A stretch of 64,000 bases of DNA from Antedon mediterranea (GCF_964355755.1 NC_092676.1:20478871-20542870), one strand, 5' to 3'. Numbered from the stretch's first letter, positions 45,701-58,500 are shown. The notes: generated by a model from the sequence alone, not told the origin. Numbers and translations are program-made.

Positions 45701-47337
45701 TCTTAAATACAATTTTCTCATGTTTGCTTTTTTTTGCTTCTAATTTTTATATCCCCTTTCAGTTCATTTATTTCCTTTCTTCATTCATTTCCTTCATCTT
45801 CCTGATTTCTGTATAACTGCCTACTCACTTCTATAGGCCATTCATAGCATGTGATTCTTATTAGTTTAAAGCCTTGCATTATACACACGCACACTGGATG
45901 CTATGCTTATTAACATGATATTGCAAATTTGTGTTTATTAATTAAAGATATTCATTTATTAATGATAGGAACAAAATAATTGAATATTATAATATTGGTG
46001 GGAGGGCGGTGTGTCGTTCAGAATTCCTAAATCTGCTAATGTACTTCCTAAATCATTATAAAAGCAACTTAATGTTTCCAAACATACCTACAATTTACTT
46101 ATAATGATGATTTGATCTTAGTCAAAATTACATTTCATTCAGATCACATACTTAGTTTCAATCAGCTTAAGAAAAACATTGAAATTGGCTAAAAATGCTG
46201 GAGGTGGCAGTTTTTAACGGGAAAAACCTCTGACAGTCAAGGTTTTAATGTGAATTTCCATGATTGTATATTCCTTTACTTTTAGAAATTGTCTGTTCTC
46301 AATGTACTTAATATAAAGTACGAAAAAAGTCAGAGTACGGCAAAAATCTGAAATAATGGTTCTATAAAAATATATATAATCAGTGATGACTTGATCTTTA
46401 TGACTATTTTAGTCAAAATTACATTTCAATCAGATCACATACTTAGTTTCAATCAGCTTAAGAAAAACATTGAAATTGGCTAAAAATGCTGGAGGTGGCA
46501 GTTTTTAACAGGAAAAACCTCTGACAGTCAAGGTTTTAATGTGAATTTCCATGATTGTATATTCCCTTACTTTTAGAAATTGTCTGTTCTCAATGTACTT
46601 AATATAAAGTATGAAAAAAGTCAGAGTACGGCAAAAATCTGAAATAATGGTTCTATAAAAATATATATAATCAATTCTTTTATTTTTCAGTATGTATGAC
46701 TGGCAGGAAACAACAGAGAATGACGATGAGGAGATGGAGAAAATTAGACAGGGGTTAAAAAACGAAAAAGAAAAACGGGAAAATATACTACAAATGAAAG
46801 CAGACCTTGCAGAGGAGATTAAACAACATACAAAGCTGATTGGTGGTAAGACTGATGGAAATTTGACAAATTTTAACATTTTTTTTGCAAGGGTCAATGA
46901 CGCTCATGCGTCTTCAGAAGAAAATTGAGATAAAAGTTAAAAACAGCAGAAACAAGACAATTTTTTCGTAACTGGTTAAAAAATAACGGTTAAAAACAAC
47001 CTTTCAATTCGGTGTTAGAATGCCATTTAACCGGTTATTGCTGGGCAACTGCTGACCTTGAGTCAACTACACTGCAGTAACGTTTGAATTAACTGCCAGG
47101 ACCGATTGCATTTTGGGTAATTCTACTGATATATGGAGCAAAAATTGAGCAGAAATTCAGTCAATATAAAAATTACATTTTAAATCTATTTTGAAATAAA
47201 TGGTTTATTCGGCGCTATGCAGCAAAAACAGTAAATGAATTTCCAATGCACTCACTAAAATTATACATTTTCTTGTTTGTTTCACAGCTCAATCTCTCAA
47301 GGTCAGTCCATATTCAGGAGGGGAAGTGCAACGGTGA
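15725..47337 (+). CDS. PLEKHA5/6/7-like WW-WW-PH junctional scaffold protein with coiled-coil C-terminus
   Basis: Exons 15725-15807, 15898-15974, 16661-16718, 19011-19091, 24726-25024, 26278-26378, 26845-26960, 28975-29420, 30315-30434, 31637-31673, 32273-32894, 33131-33307, 33407-33588, 33700-34338, 34621-34849, 35994-36116, 36492-36634, 36825-37020, 37255-37476, 37697-37846, 38463-38703, 38832-39001, 39363-39702, 40088-40203, 40320-40367, 40795-40947, 42582-42721, (44782-44808), 46691-46845, 47288-47337(TGA). WW1 LPPPWNYAVTADGRIFFINDKTQRTTWLHP; WW2 LPKGWQQAKSIEGAIYFVDHNEETTSFYHP; PH KGWLHKMGSKLKAWKKVWCVISDFCLFYYK..GSIVLPSY..KYAFK..MRTVIFAAETQEDMRQWMEAL; C-terminal PPKILIPERY...RAEGIKKML family motif. 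Confidence 0.9.
17081..17227. mobile_element. PIF/Harbinger-like MITE family A, copy 1
   Basis: TIR AAGCTCTGTCTACACTATCAAACT / AGTTTGATAGTGTAGACAGAGCTT (diverged here); internal tgtgatgtgccc...cacac palindrome; TTA/TAA flanks. Confidence 0.8.
17821..18081. mobile_element. Candidate Harbinger-like MITE (GGCCTGTTCAGAC...GTCTAAACGGGCC)
   Basis: ~13-bp imperfect TIRs, TAA on the left flank. Confidence 0.45.
19460..19545 (+). mobile_element. L2/Crack-clade LINE 3' tail
   Basis: Stem-loop tggcgtc...acaagcttttgctttttt...gacgcca, then AATAAA and a (GATT)n microsatellite tail. Confidence 0.6.
20814..20938 (+). repeat. 60-bp tandem duplication
   Basis: Lines 20821 and 20881 are near-identical. Confidence 0.9.
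22116..22318. mobile_element. Harbinger-like MITE family A, copy 2 (internal tandem expansion)
   Basis: taaagctctgtc...actatcaaactagtttgac ... gtcacataaagtttgatagtgtatacaaagcttta; internal tgcccaaatatgg x3. Confidence 0.85.
23670..23964 (+). repeat. 58-bp minisatellite x5; each unit ends in a MITE-like terminus GTTATGCCACTG
   Basis: cccccagcaatgcagggccactaatccagaggccttaggtctctgcgttatgccactg at 23671, 23733, 23791, 23849, 23907. Confidence 0.95.
26975..27865 (+). repeat. Complex satellite built from catgttcattttcatcat subunits, with ~120-bp higher-order units in the 3' half
   Basis: Near-identical 120-bp units ~27380-27860; produces the repetitive spurious ORFs in the track. Confidence 0.92.
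29981..30153. mobile_element. MITE family B (AGGGAGCTTT...AAAAGCTCCCT), ATT target duplication, copy 1
   Basis: att|agggagctttcgatttg ... atatcaaaagctccct|att; related copy at 44903-45085. Confidence 0.8.
31759..31900. mobile_element. Harbinger-like MITE family A, copy 3
   Basis: aactagtttgacaaaaaagtgtgatgt...gggcacatcac...gtcacataaagtttgatagtgtagatagagcttaa. Confidence 0.85.
34951..35670. repeat. Near-perfect 20-bp minisatellite x36 (ccgggtaacacactgagcca) in a PLEKHA intron
   Basis: 720 bp; only three variant units (gtt instead of gta) at 34951, 35511 and 35651. Confidence 0.98.
39843..39948. mobile_element. Harbinger-like MITE family A, partial copy 4
   Basis: caaatatggtagtaatatgcccaaatatg...atgggcacatcacattttttttgtcacataaag...tagtgta. 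Confidence 0.7.
42758..42913. mobile_element. Harbinger-like MITE family A, copy 5 (best preserved)
   Basis: tta aagctctgtctacgctatcaaact ... agtttgatagtgtagacagagct taa. Confidence 0.9.
43918..44061. mobile_element. Harbinger-like MITE family A, copy 6 (opposite orientation to copy 5)
   Basis: taaagctctgtctacactatcaaattttatgcgac...gtcaaactagtttgatagtctagac. Confidence 0.85.
44903..45085. mobile_element. MITE family B, copy 2
   Basis: att|agggagctctcgatttgcgatgacc ... ggtcatcgcaaatcaaaagctctct|att (~25-bp TIR). Confidence 0.85.
46104..46673 (+). repeat. Recent ~280-290-bp tandem duplication abutting the acceptor of the exon at 46691
   Basis: 46118-46382 is nearly identical to 46409-46673, with few substitutions. 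Confidence 0.93.
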
Positions 47338-47464
47338 ACACATATGACTGTTAATAACTCATTAACCGTACCAAAAAATATCTCCATTTCTTCCAGTTTG
47401 TAAATATTTATTATATCGGTGCCTTAATATAGTGTTTGAAGTCAGAAACCTTGGTAGATGTTAT

Positions 47465-47610
47465 TAATGTCTGTCTACACTATCAAATTTTATGTGACAA
47501 AAAAAATGTGATGTGCCCATATATGGACATGATAATGTCATATCAGTGAGTACCATATTCACTACACACTTTTTTTGTCAAACTAGTTTGATAGTGTAGA
47601 CAGAGCGTTA
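47465..47610. mobile_element. Harbinger-like MITE family A, copy 7 (PLEKHA 3' UTR region)
   Basis: tctgtctacactatcaaattttatgtgac ... gtcaaactagtttgatagtgtagacagagc. Confidence 0.88.
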
Positions 47611-47839
47611 GCGCAAATTGATTGTGTACATTTTGGATAAAGCACAATCTTGTGTGATTTTAAATTTTCTTTAGCATGTTTACTGCCAAATATTCTGTTT
47701 CATCTGAAGTGGCAGAAGCATGTTAAAATCTCCTCCAATTTCTCTGTTGTTTTCTGTCACATACAACTAGTTATCTATGTAAAGACTATTTTAAATACAA
47801 CTTTGTTCTTATATACGGTATGTACTTAGTTACTGTATC

Positions 47840-47976
47840 TAAATCACTGTTCACTATCAAACTAGTTTGACAAATAAAGTGTGCCCAAGTATGGTATTGA
47901 TATGACATCATCATGTCCATATATGGGCACATCAGATGTTCGTCACATAAAATTTGATAGTGTAAACAGAGCTTTA
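47840..47976. mobile_element. Harbinger-like MITE family A, copy 8 (inverted relative to copy 7)
   Basis: cactatcaaactagtttgac ... gtcacataaaatttgatagtgtaaacagagcttta. Confidence 0.85.
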
Positions 47977-50900
47977 GCTTTTGTTTGCAGTTATTTTCAA
48001 TTTACTGTAATATTATATATATATTCTTTAAATAGATCAATATTTAGCATAGAACAGGGTTTTTCTGTCTGCCATTATTATTATGTAATTGACAGTTTCA
48101 TAGATTTCTTAAAACCCTTGTAAGACATTAGTTTATGATAGCTGGGTTAGTACCAAAGAAATGGCATGCCATGCAAATCTGAAAACTGAGATTGAAAATA
48201 AACAATAGGTTTCACACTCAGATGGATCAGCACAGCAAAGGATACTCTGTCATTGTTTCCTTGTTCCCTCCCCTCCAACTTTCCTCCTACAATTACATTA
48301 TCACATCATCCTATACATTCTTATGCCTGACTCCAATGTCATCTCTTCCAACTCCAACATTCTATAGAGGAAAACAACCATATACTATCATGCCAGCTGA
48401 CTTCATTTAATAATTTCTTCTTTTTATTCAACCTTGAATATTCATTCTTCTATCAACATGACATTCACCCCCTGATTTCATTCTCTCCAAAGATACTATC
48501 GCACCATTGCAATGCATGGTGTTACAGTATACAGTTTCCATTCTGTCCATTAAATACTTGCCTTATGCTTTCGAAATTAGGCTTTCAAATTTAAACTGAT
48601 TGAAAGAGTGGGGAAAATTGTGGGGAACCATGACAGACAATTAGACCTATCAGTTTTCAATTGTAAAAATATGTACAAATATAATTCTAATGCTTTACAA
48701 CTAAATAGCCTTGAGGTTGTCTTTCTAACTCGTTGCCATCCATTTAAAAAAATTAGAAAATTTAGAATCTATATTATATAAAAATAACGTTTTTAAAGAG
48801 AATTTTAACTGGATTAATTTTCATTTCATTTGTAAATAGCTTAATTTTTTTATACCAATTGTGAATTTGGTGCAACGAAAGATAGGTTTTTATTGTAGTT
48901 TGAATAGTGAAAATATAATTTTTCTTTTATATGACATTGTTATTAATTGTAATACTACTGTAAAATAAACATTTAAAATAGCAAATTAATTTAAAGTATT
49001 ATAAAGGAAATGATGTAATACAGTATTTTAGTTTAAAGTTTATTTGATATTGCTATACATTACTGTATCGGAATAAATTTAATAATGAATTAAATTTAAT
49101 AAACATTAATATTAGTGCTTGGCAAATAAGAAAAAAATGTTTGGAGGAAAAAAATCCTCCGGTTTATTATTGGGAAAATAGGTGGTTTATTCTAGGCATA
49201 CTGTACATTGGAATGCCTTGATACAATTTGATTCACTTCTTAATATTTAGTATCAAGAAATATTCTATATCATCTGAAATACAGTAGAATCTCTATTTAA
49301 GAACCATTAATTGTAGTCTTATTAGAGGTGTCCCATGAACATATTTCCCTTTCTTGGGAAAGTGTCCACCACTGAATAGGGGTGTTCCAAAGAGGACTTC
49401 GGTATTTAAACCCAATGAATATTAATTACAGTGTCAAATTAAGGATCATAAATTCTAGACAGAAGTTTAATTTATTTGACCTGCTAATAAGGTCAAGCAT
49501 CGATGATATAGTATATAACAGGTTAAAATTTTAAATCACCCCATTAGTCATCCACTAAATAATAGTTACATAATCACCCCCATTAGTCATCCACTAAATA
49601 ATAGTTACATAATTGATTTAGCAATACTTAAAAGTAATATCTTTTATTGATTTAAAGCCTTTCTTTTGTTTTTCTTTTATTGTCTTTCAGTAATTATAAT
49701 ATTTTTGTATACAAAACACTGTACAAATCATGTGTAGATATATTCTATACTTTACAACTAATAATATCTCTTTTGAAGCCTAGTTAGTGCTAAAAACGCC
49801 TTTGAAATTATTTTAAAGATTTGCAATAACTTCTTTTTTGCCTTGATTGTTTAATTGATAAATAAGTATAATTTAGTATGGAACGCTTATTATGCACAAT
49901 TAACAAATTAACTATTAGTATTTGATACCTTAATACATAGCAGCCTTAGTACATTGACTATCATGCCTTTTTCTTTGATTATCACATGACTTGTTAAATT
50001 AAATGAATTTTATAATTAATTTGGTAGGATACATGCTGTTAAAAGAAAAATATAAACTTTACTGCAAATAATTTTTGTTTGACAATATAATAAAAATAAG
50101 AAAGAGATGAAATGAAGTAGGCCTAAGTAATTTTTTATTATTTTCTATGTAAAATATAGGTTTTAAAAAGATTTAATTTTTTATAAGAATTGAGTGTAGT
50201 GGATATAATAGTTTTTTTGTTATGCCAGGCTTAATGAGAGTTAACTGCTAGTTACATACAATTATGCACAGTTGGAAAGTTTATTATAAATCATGTTGTG
50301 ACTTTTCACCAACACATTGCTGAAATTATAAATGTTGGGGCCTGTGGCGCAGTGTGTTGAGTAAATGAGTGGAATGTGTATTCCGTCACGTCCAGAAACA
50401 CAATATTAAAGCATTTATATATTTTGAACATAATCGTTGAAACTTTGGATGTGGGCGTCCTAATTTACATAGGGTTTTTTAACATTTAAATTTGGTATGT
50501 TATGTGTAACGTGATTGATGTATCTTTTTTCAAATGCTGATTTATATTTACATTATTATTATTATTGGTTTGACTTGCAAATTGTAATAATGAAAAACTT
50601 CCATCCATGTATAAGTAGAGTTTTTAGTTTTGACACTAAAGTATAATAATTTTATATCTAAATTTAGTTTGGTCGTGAGCTCTGCCTGCCATTGGATTGT
50701 AATGCAGTATGGACGGCTACTAGGGCCATAATAGTAGCGTTTAAGTTAATATAGTGTTTTTCTGAATTAAATCAATTGATCATGTTGAAAAAAAGGTATT
50801 AAATTAATTTTAAAACAAAATAATTGTATGAATGATTATGTAACATGGCTTTCTTTTGTTAAGCTTTGTTGTGTTAAATGAACTCAAATCAACTTTTTTC

Positions 50901-51101
50901 CGTCGTGTATATCACATTTGGTATGCGCTGACGCACCTAAATTGCTTTGCACATGTTACATCAATATTATATACATATTTTAAAATGTCCATATTTGGCC
51001 ATTTTTCGAAAATGTCCATGTGCATGGACATTTTCGCCAAATTTCGACCCTTTTATTTGTTGACATAACTAGTTACTATTGCTCTATAAGATATGGCCAT
51101 A

Positions 51102-51575
51102 TTTAGGTGATCATTTAGAATAAAATGATCACCTATTGTTATTGTATCAAATCTTTATTATTCTTCTTCTTCTTCTTCTTCTTTCTGTACACTTTTTGTT
51201 TAACAAATATCTCAAAAAGTTAAATGTCAATGATTACCAAAATTTCACAATGTCTTTCAAATACTGTAACTTAGTCCTAATAAGCTTTTCAGCGTGATCA
51301 CTCATCCGTGACAACACGTATACGCCATTTTGTGAAATCACATTATCAATCATATCTCCATAATTCATTATCACATATTAATGAAATTCACTACATGTAA
51401 ACTTCAGGTCAAGGTAAAAAATATTAGCAAATAAAAACCTGCGAGTTTCAAGGTCATGCGCATGAAATCGCGCGTTAAAATTTTAAAAAGCTCAAAATTA
51501 GGTTTTGATCAATTTAGAGCATGAATTAGGCCATATTTTTGCGTGTTTCAAAAAATTACTGCGCAAAAACACGTT
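51102..51575 (+). mobile_element. Helentron-associated non-autonomous element (HINE/DINE-1-like) 5' portion
   Basis: T-rich start, hairpin taggtgatcattt-agaata-aaatgatcaccta (51104-51135), then ttgttattg and a (CTT)n microsatellite (51161-51182). This matches the HINE layout; the 3' end was not identified. Confidence 0.5.
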
Positions 51576-51584
51576 TTTATGTCA

Positions 51585-53880
51585 AAACTGGTTACTGTAG
51601 CACAATTGACATGTGCAGAACCCATTATTCGTCTCTGCGCATGTTTATTATGCTATAGTAACCATTTATGTCAAAAAATAAAAGGGTCGAAAATCGGCCA
51701 TTTTTCAAAAATTTCCATGTACTATAGTACATGGATTTTTTCCAAAAAATTGCCAATTTTGGACCTTTTTATTTTTCGTTAAAAGTGGTTACTATAGCAC
51801 AATTAACATGCGCAGAATCCATTAGTAGACTCTGCGCATGTTTATTATGCTATAGTAACCATTTATGTAAAAAATAACCACTTTTGACATAAATGGTTAC
51901 TATAGCATAATAAACATGCACAGAGTCGACTAATGGGTTCTGCGCATGTCAATTGTGCTATAGTAACCATTTATGTCAAATATGGTTATGATAGCACAAT
52001 TAACATGCGCAGAACCCATTATTCGACTCTGCGCATATTTATTATGCAATAGTAACCATTTACGTCAAAAAATAAAAGGGTCGGAAATCGGCAATTTTTC
52101 GAAAATTTCCCTGTACTATAGTACAGGGATTTAAAAAAAAAAAAAGGCAAATTTTCGACCTTTTATTTTTCGATAAAACTGGTTACTATAGCACAATTAA
52201 CATGCGCAGAACCCATTGGTCGACTCTGCGCATGTTTATTATGCTATAGTAACCATTTATGTCAAAAAATAAAAGGGTCGAAAATCGGCTATTTTTCGAA
52301 AATTTCCCTGTACTATAGTACAGGGATTTTTTCCAAAAATGCCCAATTTTCGACCTTTTTATTTTCGATAAAAGTGGTTACTATAGCACAATTAACATGC
52401 GCAGAGTCGACTAATGGGTTCTGCGCATGTCAATTGTGCTATAGTAACCATTTATGTCAAATATGGTTATGATAGCACAATTAACATGCACAGAACCCAT
52501 TATTCGACTCTGTGCATGTTTATTATGCTATAGTAACCATTTATGTCAATAAATAAAAGGGTCGGAAATCGGCCATTTTTCGAAAATTTCCCTGTACTAT
52601 AAAAAATATGGCCAATTTTCGACCTTTTTATTTTTCGATAAAACTGGTTACTATAGCACAATTAACATGCGCAGAGTCGACTAATGGGTTCTGCGCATGT
52701 CAATTGTGCTATAGTAACCATATTTGACATAAATGGTTACTATATGCATGTTTATTATGCTATAGTAACCATTTATGTCAAAAAATAAAAGGGTCGAAAA
52801 AAAATGGCCAATTTTCGACCTTTTATTTAACATGCCCAGAACCCATTATTCGTCTCTGCGCATGTTTATTATGCAATAGTAACCACTTTTGACATAAATG
52901 GTTACTATAGCATAATAAACATGCATATAGTAACCATTTATGTCAAATATGGTTACTATAGCACAATTGACATGCGCAGAACCCATTAGTCGACTCTGCG
53001 CATGTTAATTGTGCTATAGTAACCAGTTTTATCGAAAAATAAAAAGGTCGAAAATTGGCCATATTTTTTATAGTACAGGGAAATTTTCGAAAAATAGCCG
53101 ATTTTCGACCCTTTTATTTATTGACATAAATGGTTACTATAGCATAATAAACATGCGCAGAGTCGACCAATGGGTTCTGCGCATGTTAATGGTGCTATAG
53201 TAACCAGTTTTATCGAAAAATAAAAAGGTCGAAAATTGGCCATATTTTTTATAGTACAGGGAAATTTTCGAAAAATGGCCGATTTCCGACCCTTTTATTT
53301 TTTGACGTAAATGGTTACTATTGCATAATAAACATGCACAGAGTCGAATAATGGGTTCTGTGCATGTCAATTGTGCTATAGTAACCATATTTGACATAAA
53401 TGGTTACTATATGCATGTTTATTATGCTATAGTAACCATTTATGTCAAAAAATAAAAGGGTCGAAAAAAAATGGCCAATTTTCGACCTTTTATTTAACAT
53501 GCCCAGAACCCATTATTCGTCTCTGCGCATGTTTATTATGCAATAGTAACCACTTTTGACATAAATGGTTACTATAGCATAATAAACATGCATATAGTAA
53601 CCATTTATGTCAAATATGGTTATGATAGCACAATTGACATGCGCAGAACCCATTATTCGACTCTGCGCATGTTTATTATGCAATAGTAACCATTTATGTC
53701 AAAAAATAAAAGGGTCGAAAATCGGCTATTTTTCGAAAATTTCCCTGTACTATAGTACAGGGATTTTTTTCAAAAAATGGCAAATTTTCGACCTTTTTAT
53801 TTTTCGATAAAACTGGTTACTATAGCACAATTAACATGCGCAGAGTCGACTAATGGGTTCTGCGCATGTTTGTTATGCTA
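51585..53880. repeat. Nested-palindrome satellite: alternating ~80-bp and ~105-bp hairpin modules with higher-order inversions
   Basis: Module A ggttactatagca..catgcgcaga..tctgcgcatg..tgctatagtaacc. Module B aaaataaaagggtcgaaaat...ccctgtactatagtacaggg...attttcgacc.ttttatttt. Diverged relatives at 50985-51095 and 53990-54300. Confidence 0.93.
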
Positions 53881-54777
53881 ATCAAAATAATATTATCTAC
53901 ACACGTGAAGAGCTAAAACAAGAACACGTTTTGTTGATTATCTCAAAACTTTGCTTTATGCAGTTGAGTCGTTCTTTCATTACGGGGCAGTATAGTACAG
54001 GGAAATTTCGAAAATTGACCAAATTTCGACCCATTTATTTTTCAACATAACTGGATGAGGATAACACAATATATGTTCATATATGGCAATATTTTCGCAT
54101 AATAATTGAATTTTAAAAAGTGGCTATTTTAACCATGTTTCGAAAAAAAATTTCAAAAAATGACAAAATTTCAACCCTTTTATTTTTCGACATAACTAAT
54201 TAATATAGCTATATAAGATTATGATAACACAATTTATGCGCACATATGGCAATATTTTCGCAAAATTGAATTTTAAAAGTGACTATTTTGACCATGTTTT
54301 TAAAAAATCCCTGCTTATTAAATAATGAATTGGCATACGCAGACGCCCATGATATGATCAGCGAATTTTACCTCAATATTTAATATATACATATTGTTGA
54401 TATTTGGCGATTTTTCGAAAACTTTGAATTGAAAATTGTTGCACTCAAATAATCTTGCATGGTTGTATATTATACTATCCACTATCAAAACATGTTGCAG
54501 CACTAATATTTATACTGTAGGCACATTACAGAATACAAGTTTACATATTAAATATTGCTAAAATTTATTAAATAATTCTTTCGAAAAATATATTATTTTA
54601 ATTTTTTACAAAGTAAACAATATCGTATACTCAATTGTATCAAATTAATTAAAATTAAAATATATAAAATGAATTATCATCAGAACATCAGGCATTTTGC
54701 TTGTTTAGATTCTTGTCAAACATACAAAGACAAAGAAATAATGTGATTGTAAAGCAAGCAAGTGTTTTGTAGTGTAG

Positions 54778-54979
54778 TGGAGCTGTAGCTTGGTGGTTAA
54801 CGTGCTTGCTTTCCAATCCCAAGGTCCCGGGTTCAATCCTGACCTAGTGCAGGGTTGTAACTCATGACTCTTTCAACTCCACTCCCTAAGCCTCAAATGA
54901 GACTTAGTTTATAAGCACGATAAATTATTAAATAGTTTATCCATCCTGTAATTGGCGAGTTGAATAAAAAAAAAAAAAA
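54778..54979 (+). mobile_element. tRNA-derived SINE with poly(A) tail
   Basis: A box TAGCTTGGTGG 54787-54797, B box GGTTCAATCC 54830-54839, unrelated body, then AATAAA and an A-run ending 54979; no complete acceptor stem. Confidence 0.8.
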
Positions 54980-55519
54980 GTACTGTATATCATAAACAAT
55001 ATCATGTAGAATGTATTTAATTATAATACTGCATATACTCTATACTAACAATAATTTTTGGCGTAGTGACTTTTACTGCAGTCATCTGAGCAGTGAAATA
55101 CAAAAAGCATTCCCGTTTCACGGAGTGATATCTTTTGCACTGGATTTTTCAGCTAGGAAAAACCGTCTCTTTTGCTGGACAAGAGGGAATAGGTGAAGCT
55201 CACCATTAACTTAATTCTCCTGGTAAGGGAAAGGTACTGGGCTGTTTGAACAGCCACTTGGTTATGAATAAAGTATCCTATTAATGCTGTTCAAGTCATT
55301 CATCACACAGATTTAATTATGTCCATTGAGATTTTGATAACTGGTGTAAAACACATCTAGCAATCTGCTGCTGTACCAAAACCACTAACTGTTATCTAGT
55401 ACAGACTACTTGATGTTGCAAAGAACTGATTTGAGGAAGATTGTTGGACTCTGCTTTCTTCCTCTCTTCATGTTCTTACAGGAATATAATACTGTTTATT
55501 CATCTCTATATAACTCTTT

Positions 55520-58500
55520 TCAATATGTTAGAAAGCCTGTAGACTTCAGTGGTGGTAAAATGCCTAGTCTGGCATGTCTCAACTCTAAGCTGGCAGTTGT
55601 TGGTAATGTATGTTGTAAGTAAGAAGCTTTAGGCCGTTGGTGGTGGGTTGAAGCGTGTAACAACATTCGATGATTACGTGGTGGGCCCTTAACTTTATTA
55701 GTAATAGCACGAACTAGGTCTCGTGCATGCTTCAAACTGTAGGCTATCAAAAGAAGAAACAAAATAATCAGTATGACAAGAGCTATTGTATGAAGACAAC
55801 TATCCCTAATGATAGTTAAATTACACGCACCCTTTACTGTGTTATTAACCTCATTTATTTATTTATACCTTTTAATCTTGCTTTAACTTCATCTGTAAAA
55901 AACCCACATTCTAACCAGTCATCAAAATCTACGATGCAGTCAAATGGTGTAGTACCTTGCTTGTTCCTGTGCCGAATATTTGCACCTATGATATAAACAA
56001 AACATAGAGTTAAAATTGAAATTATCCCACACAGGTGACAAGAGTTTTATATATACAGTATAAATAATATTGTACAAAAAGTAATACACTCCCCTTCAAA
56101 ATTGAAGTAGTTTTAACATAATCATAGTAGAACACAAATTTTGGGGGACCTATTCTGGGGATACTCCTATTAAATGTGACACCCTCCCATCAAACGAATT
56201 GTTTTAACACTACAACCAACTAGTTAGGGTACACTTTGTTGGGTTCTGAAGATGTCTCTTTAATATGTGCTCTACTCAAATTCTTAATGACAATAATAAT
56301 GATTGTTCTTAGCTTACCATTTGCTAACAGTACACTGGTTGCAAACTGGTTGTTAGCTTGTGTTGCAAAGAACAATGGCGTACAATTGTCATCATTTACA
56401 GCATCTACCTCAGCGCCATACTGCAATAAAAGTCCCATGATATCACTTGACCCTCCTAACATCCCTGCTGCATAATGGAGCGGTCTAAAATTACAAAAGT
56501 AATTAATATAAAAGTGAAGATATGACAGTGTTGACAATAATTACTATGTATTATATATCTGTAAATAAGAAACAACTTACGTGTTTCCACCAGGATATCG
56601 TTGGTCTAAATCAGCCCCTTGCTCAAATAAGAACTCAATTAACTCCAGGCATCGTTTACTAAAAAATAAAGTTTGATACTCCACTCTACACATCTATGCC
56701 ATTTTCCTTTCAAAGGGTGTCCATATTGGGAATAATGACATATGTAGAGTCTATACAGGTAGGGATCTCACAAAATAGACTACTAATATTCATAAAGGCA
56801 TAATAGTAAAAATTACCCATATAGAATTTATATGATAATCTACATGCTTTATAGTCTAACTTTAAGAACTACAAAACTGCATTAAAATACAAAAAAAATG
56901 ATTATTGACATTGCATATATAAGACAGCCAACATCAACTTAAATAGTGGCAGGTGGGAATGGCAATAAAGACACAGCTATAACTTACTATAAGTATTACT
57001 TTTTGACATTAATAGGACAATGTAAAGTAAATGAAAAGAATAAGGTGTATGGTAACGAAGAGAGAGATAAGAGACAATCAAGGGAGTAACCTGGTTGCAT
57101 AATTACAAATAAACATGTAGAGATGTGTTGGTGTTGTTCGATTATCTTATAAAAATAAATTAATAAAAAATACCTTTGTATTTGTTCTGTCAATATACGA
57201 TGTACCAACACATCTTGTTCATTATCTTTGAACGTGAACCCATTCTCTACAAGCCATTTGGCACAGTCTAAGTAATCATTAGCCAAGGCAAGGTGTGGCA
57301 GACTTGGAGGTATCAATGGGTCTTCTTCCTTGATTGAGGCTAGCATAGTGCCATCTGTATCCATTCCAAGAAGGTACTCGATGGCATCAATACGGCCTTG
57401 CATGGCACAGCAATGCAGGGCTAGCAGTCCTTGGTTATTTCGGTGAATTAGACTGATGTTGTGTACCATCTAAGTAGAAGAGAAATTGAGAAAAGCAAAT
57501 TTATTTCAGTACTTCAGTATTTTTTAGCTTCCAGGATTATCCTGGGTTTGCTATCTTTATAATGATTAAAACGTGGGTATAATTATACAAGTTCAATTTT
57601 CTAATGAAAATAGAAGTATAACGTAGGCATTGTTTAAAGGTTTGCATGGTGAATAAACACTAGCATTATCTAGTTTGGGGTGGTACACCATATACGGTAC
57701 ACAGAAAGAAGAACTGACAGTCACAATAGCATATAGGAAATTATGGAGGAATCTAGTTATATAAGTACGGGTATGTCCCGAACTAAGTAAGTAAGTATTC
57801 GGTACACCTTACTTTATAAGAAAAATGCCTTACTAGTGTTTCTAGACAGTCTATTTCTGTTGCTTTGCTAGCTTCTCCGTAGCATTTGACATGAAGAGTT
57901 GTATTACCTTCTCCATCTGTGGAGTTTATGTCTGCTCCATTCTCCAACAAGATCTACCAAAACAATATTTGAACATCATATTTGAGTAAATTATATAACC
58001 AACTAAGTTTATATAAATATACAATCTATCTACTGTACTCCAAGTAATTTATTTATTAAATGTCTTTGTTTTCCTTCTATCTGCATATGGTGTTAGTTAT
58101 TTATTGCACATTTTTTAAATTTAATTTGTAATTTTCTATTATCATATACTAGATCTAGGTCGTTTATTTGTATATGTGTTTATATATCTAACAGTATCCA
58201 CATTCATAGTAACAAATTTGAGATTCAAATGAAGACCAAAAATGTTTAATACATATTTACAGTATTGTCAAAGTATTGAAATACTATATCTAAAGGTTTT
58301 AAGTTTATCCCCAAGGACCCATAAATTTACCTACTTGTGTTAAACCAAATATAAGATATTTTATTATACCAAAATTAATACTAAATGTTTATTACTAACC
58401 TTTATGGTGATGGCATTGTTAGCACGATGTAATGGAGTTGCACCCTTATAGTCATGCAAGTTCACATCCACTCTTTCTTTCAGTAACTCTTTGACAACAG

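Noticed and set aside
51543-54050. Recurrent ORFs (AQLTCAEPIIRLCACLL)
   Set aside because: Translations of the palindromic satellite on both strands
54778-54850. Possible tRNA gene
   Set aside because: A and B boxes are present, but the acceptor stem does not close and a body plus poly(A) follows, so it is a SINE head
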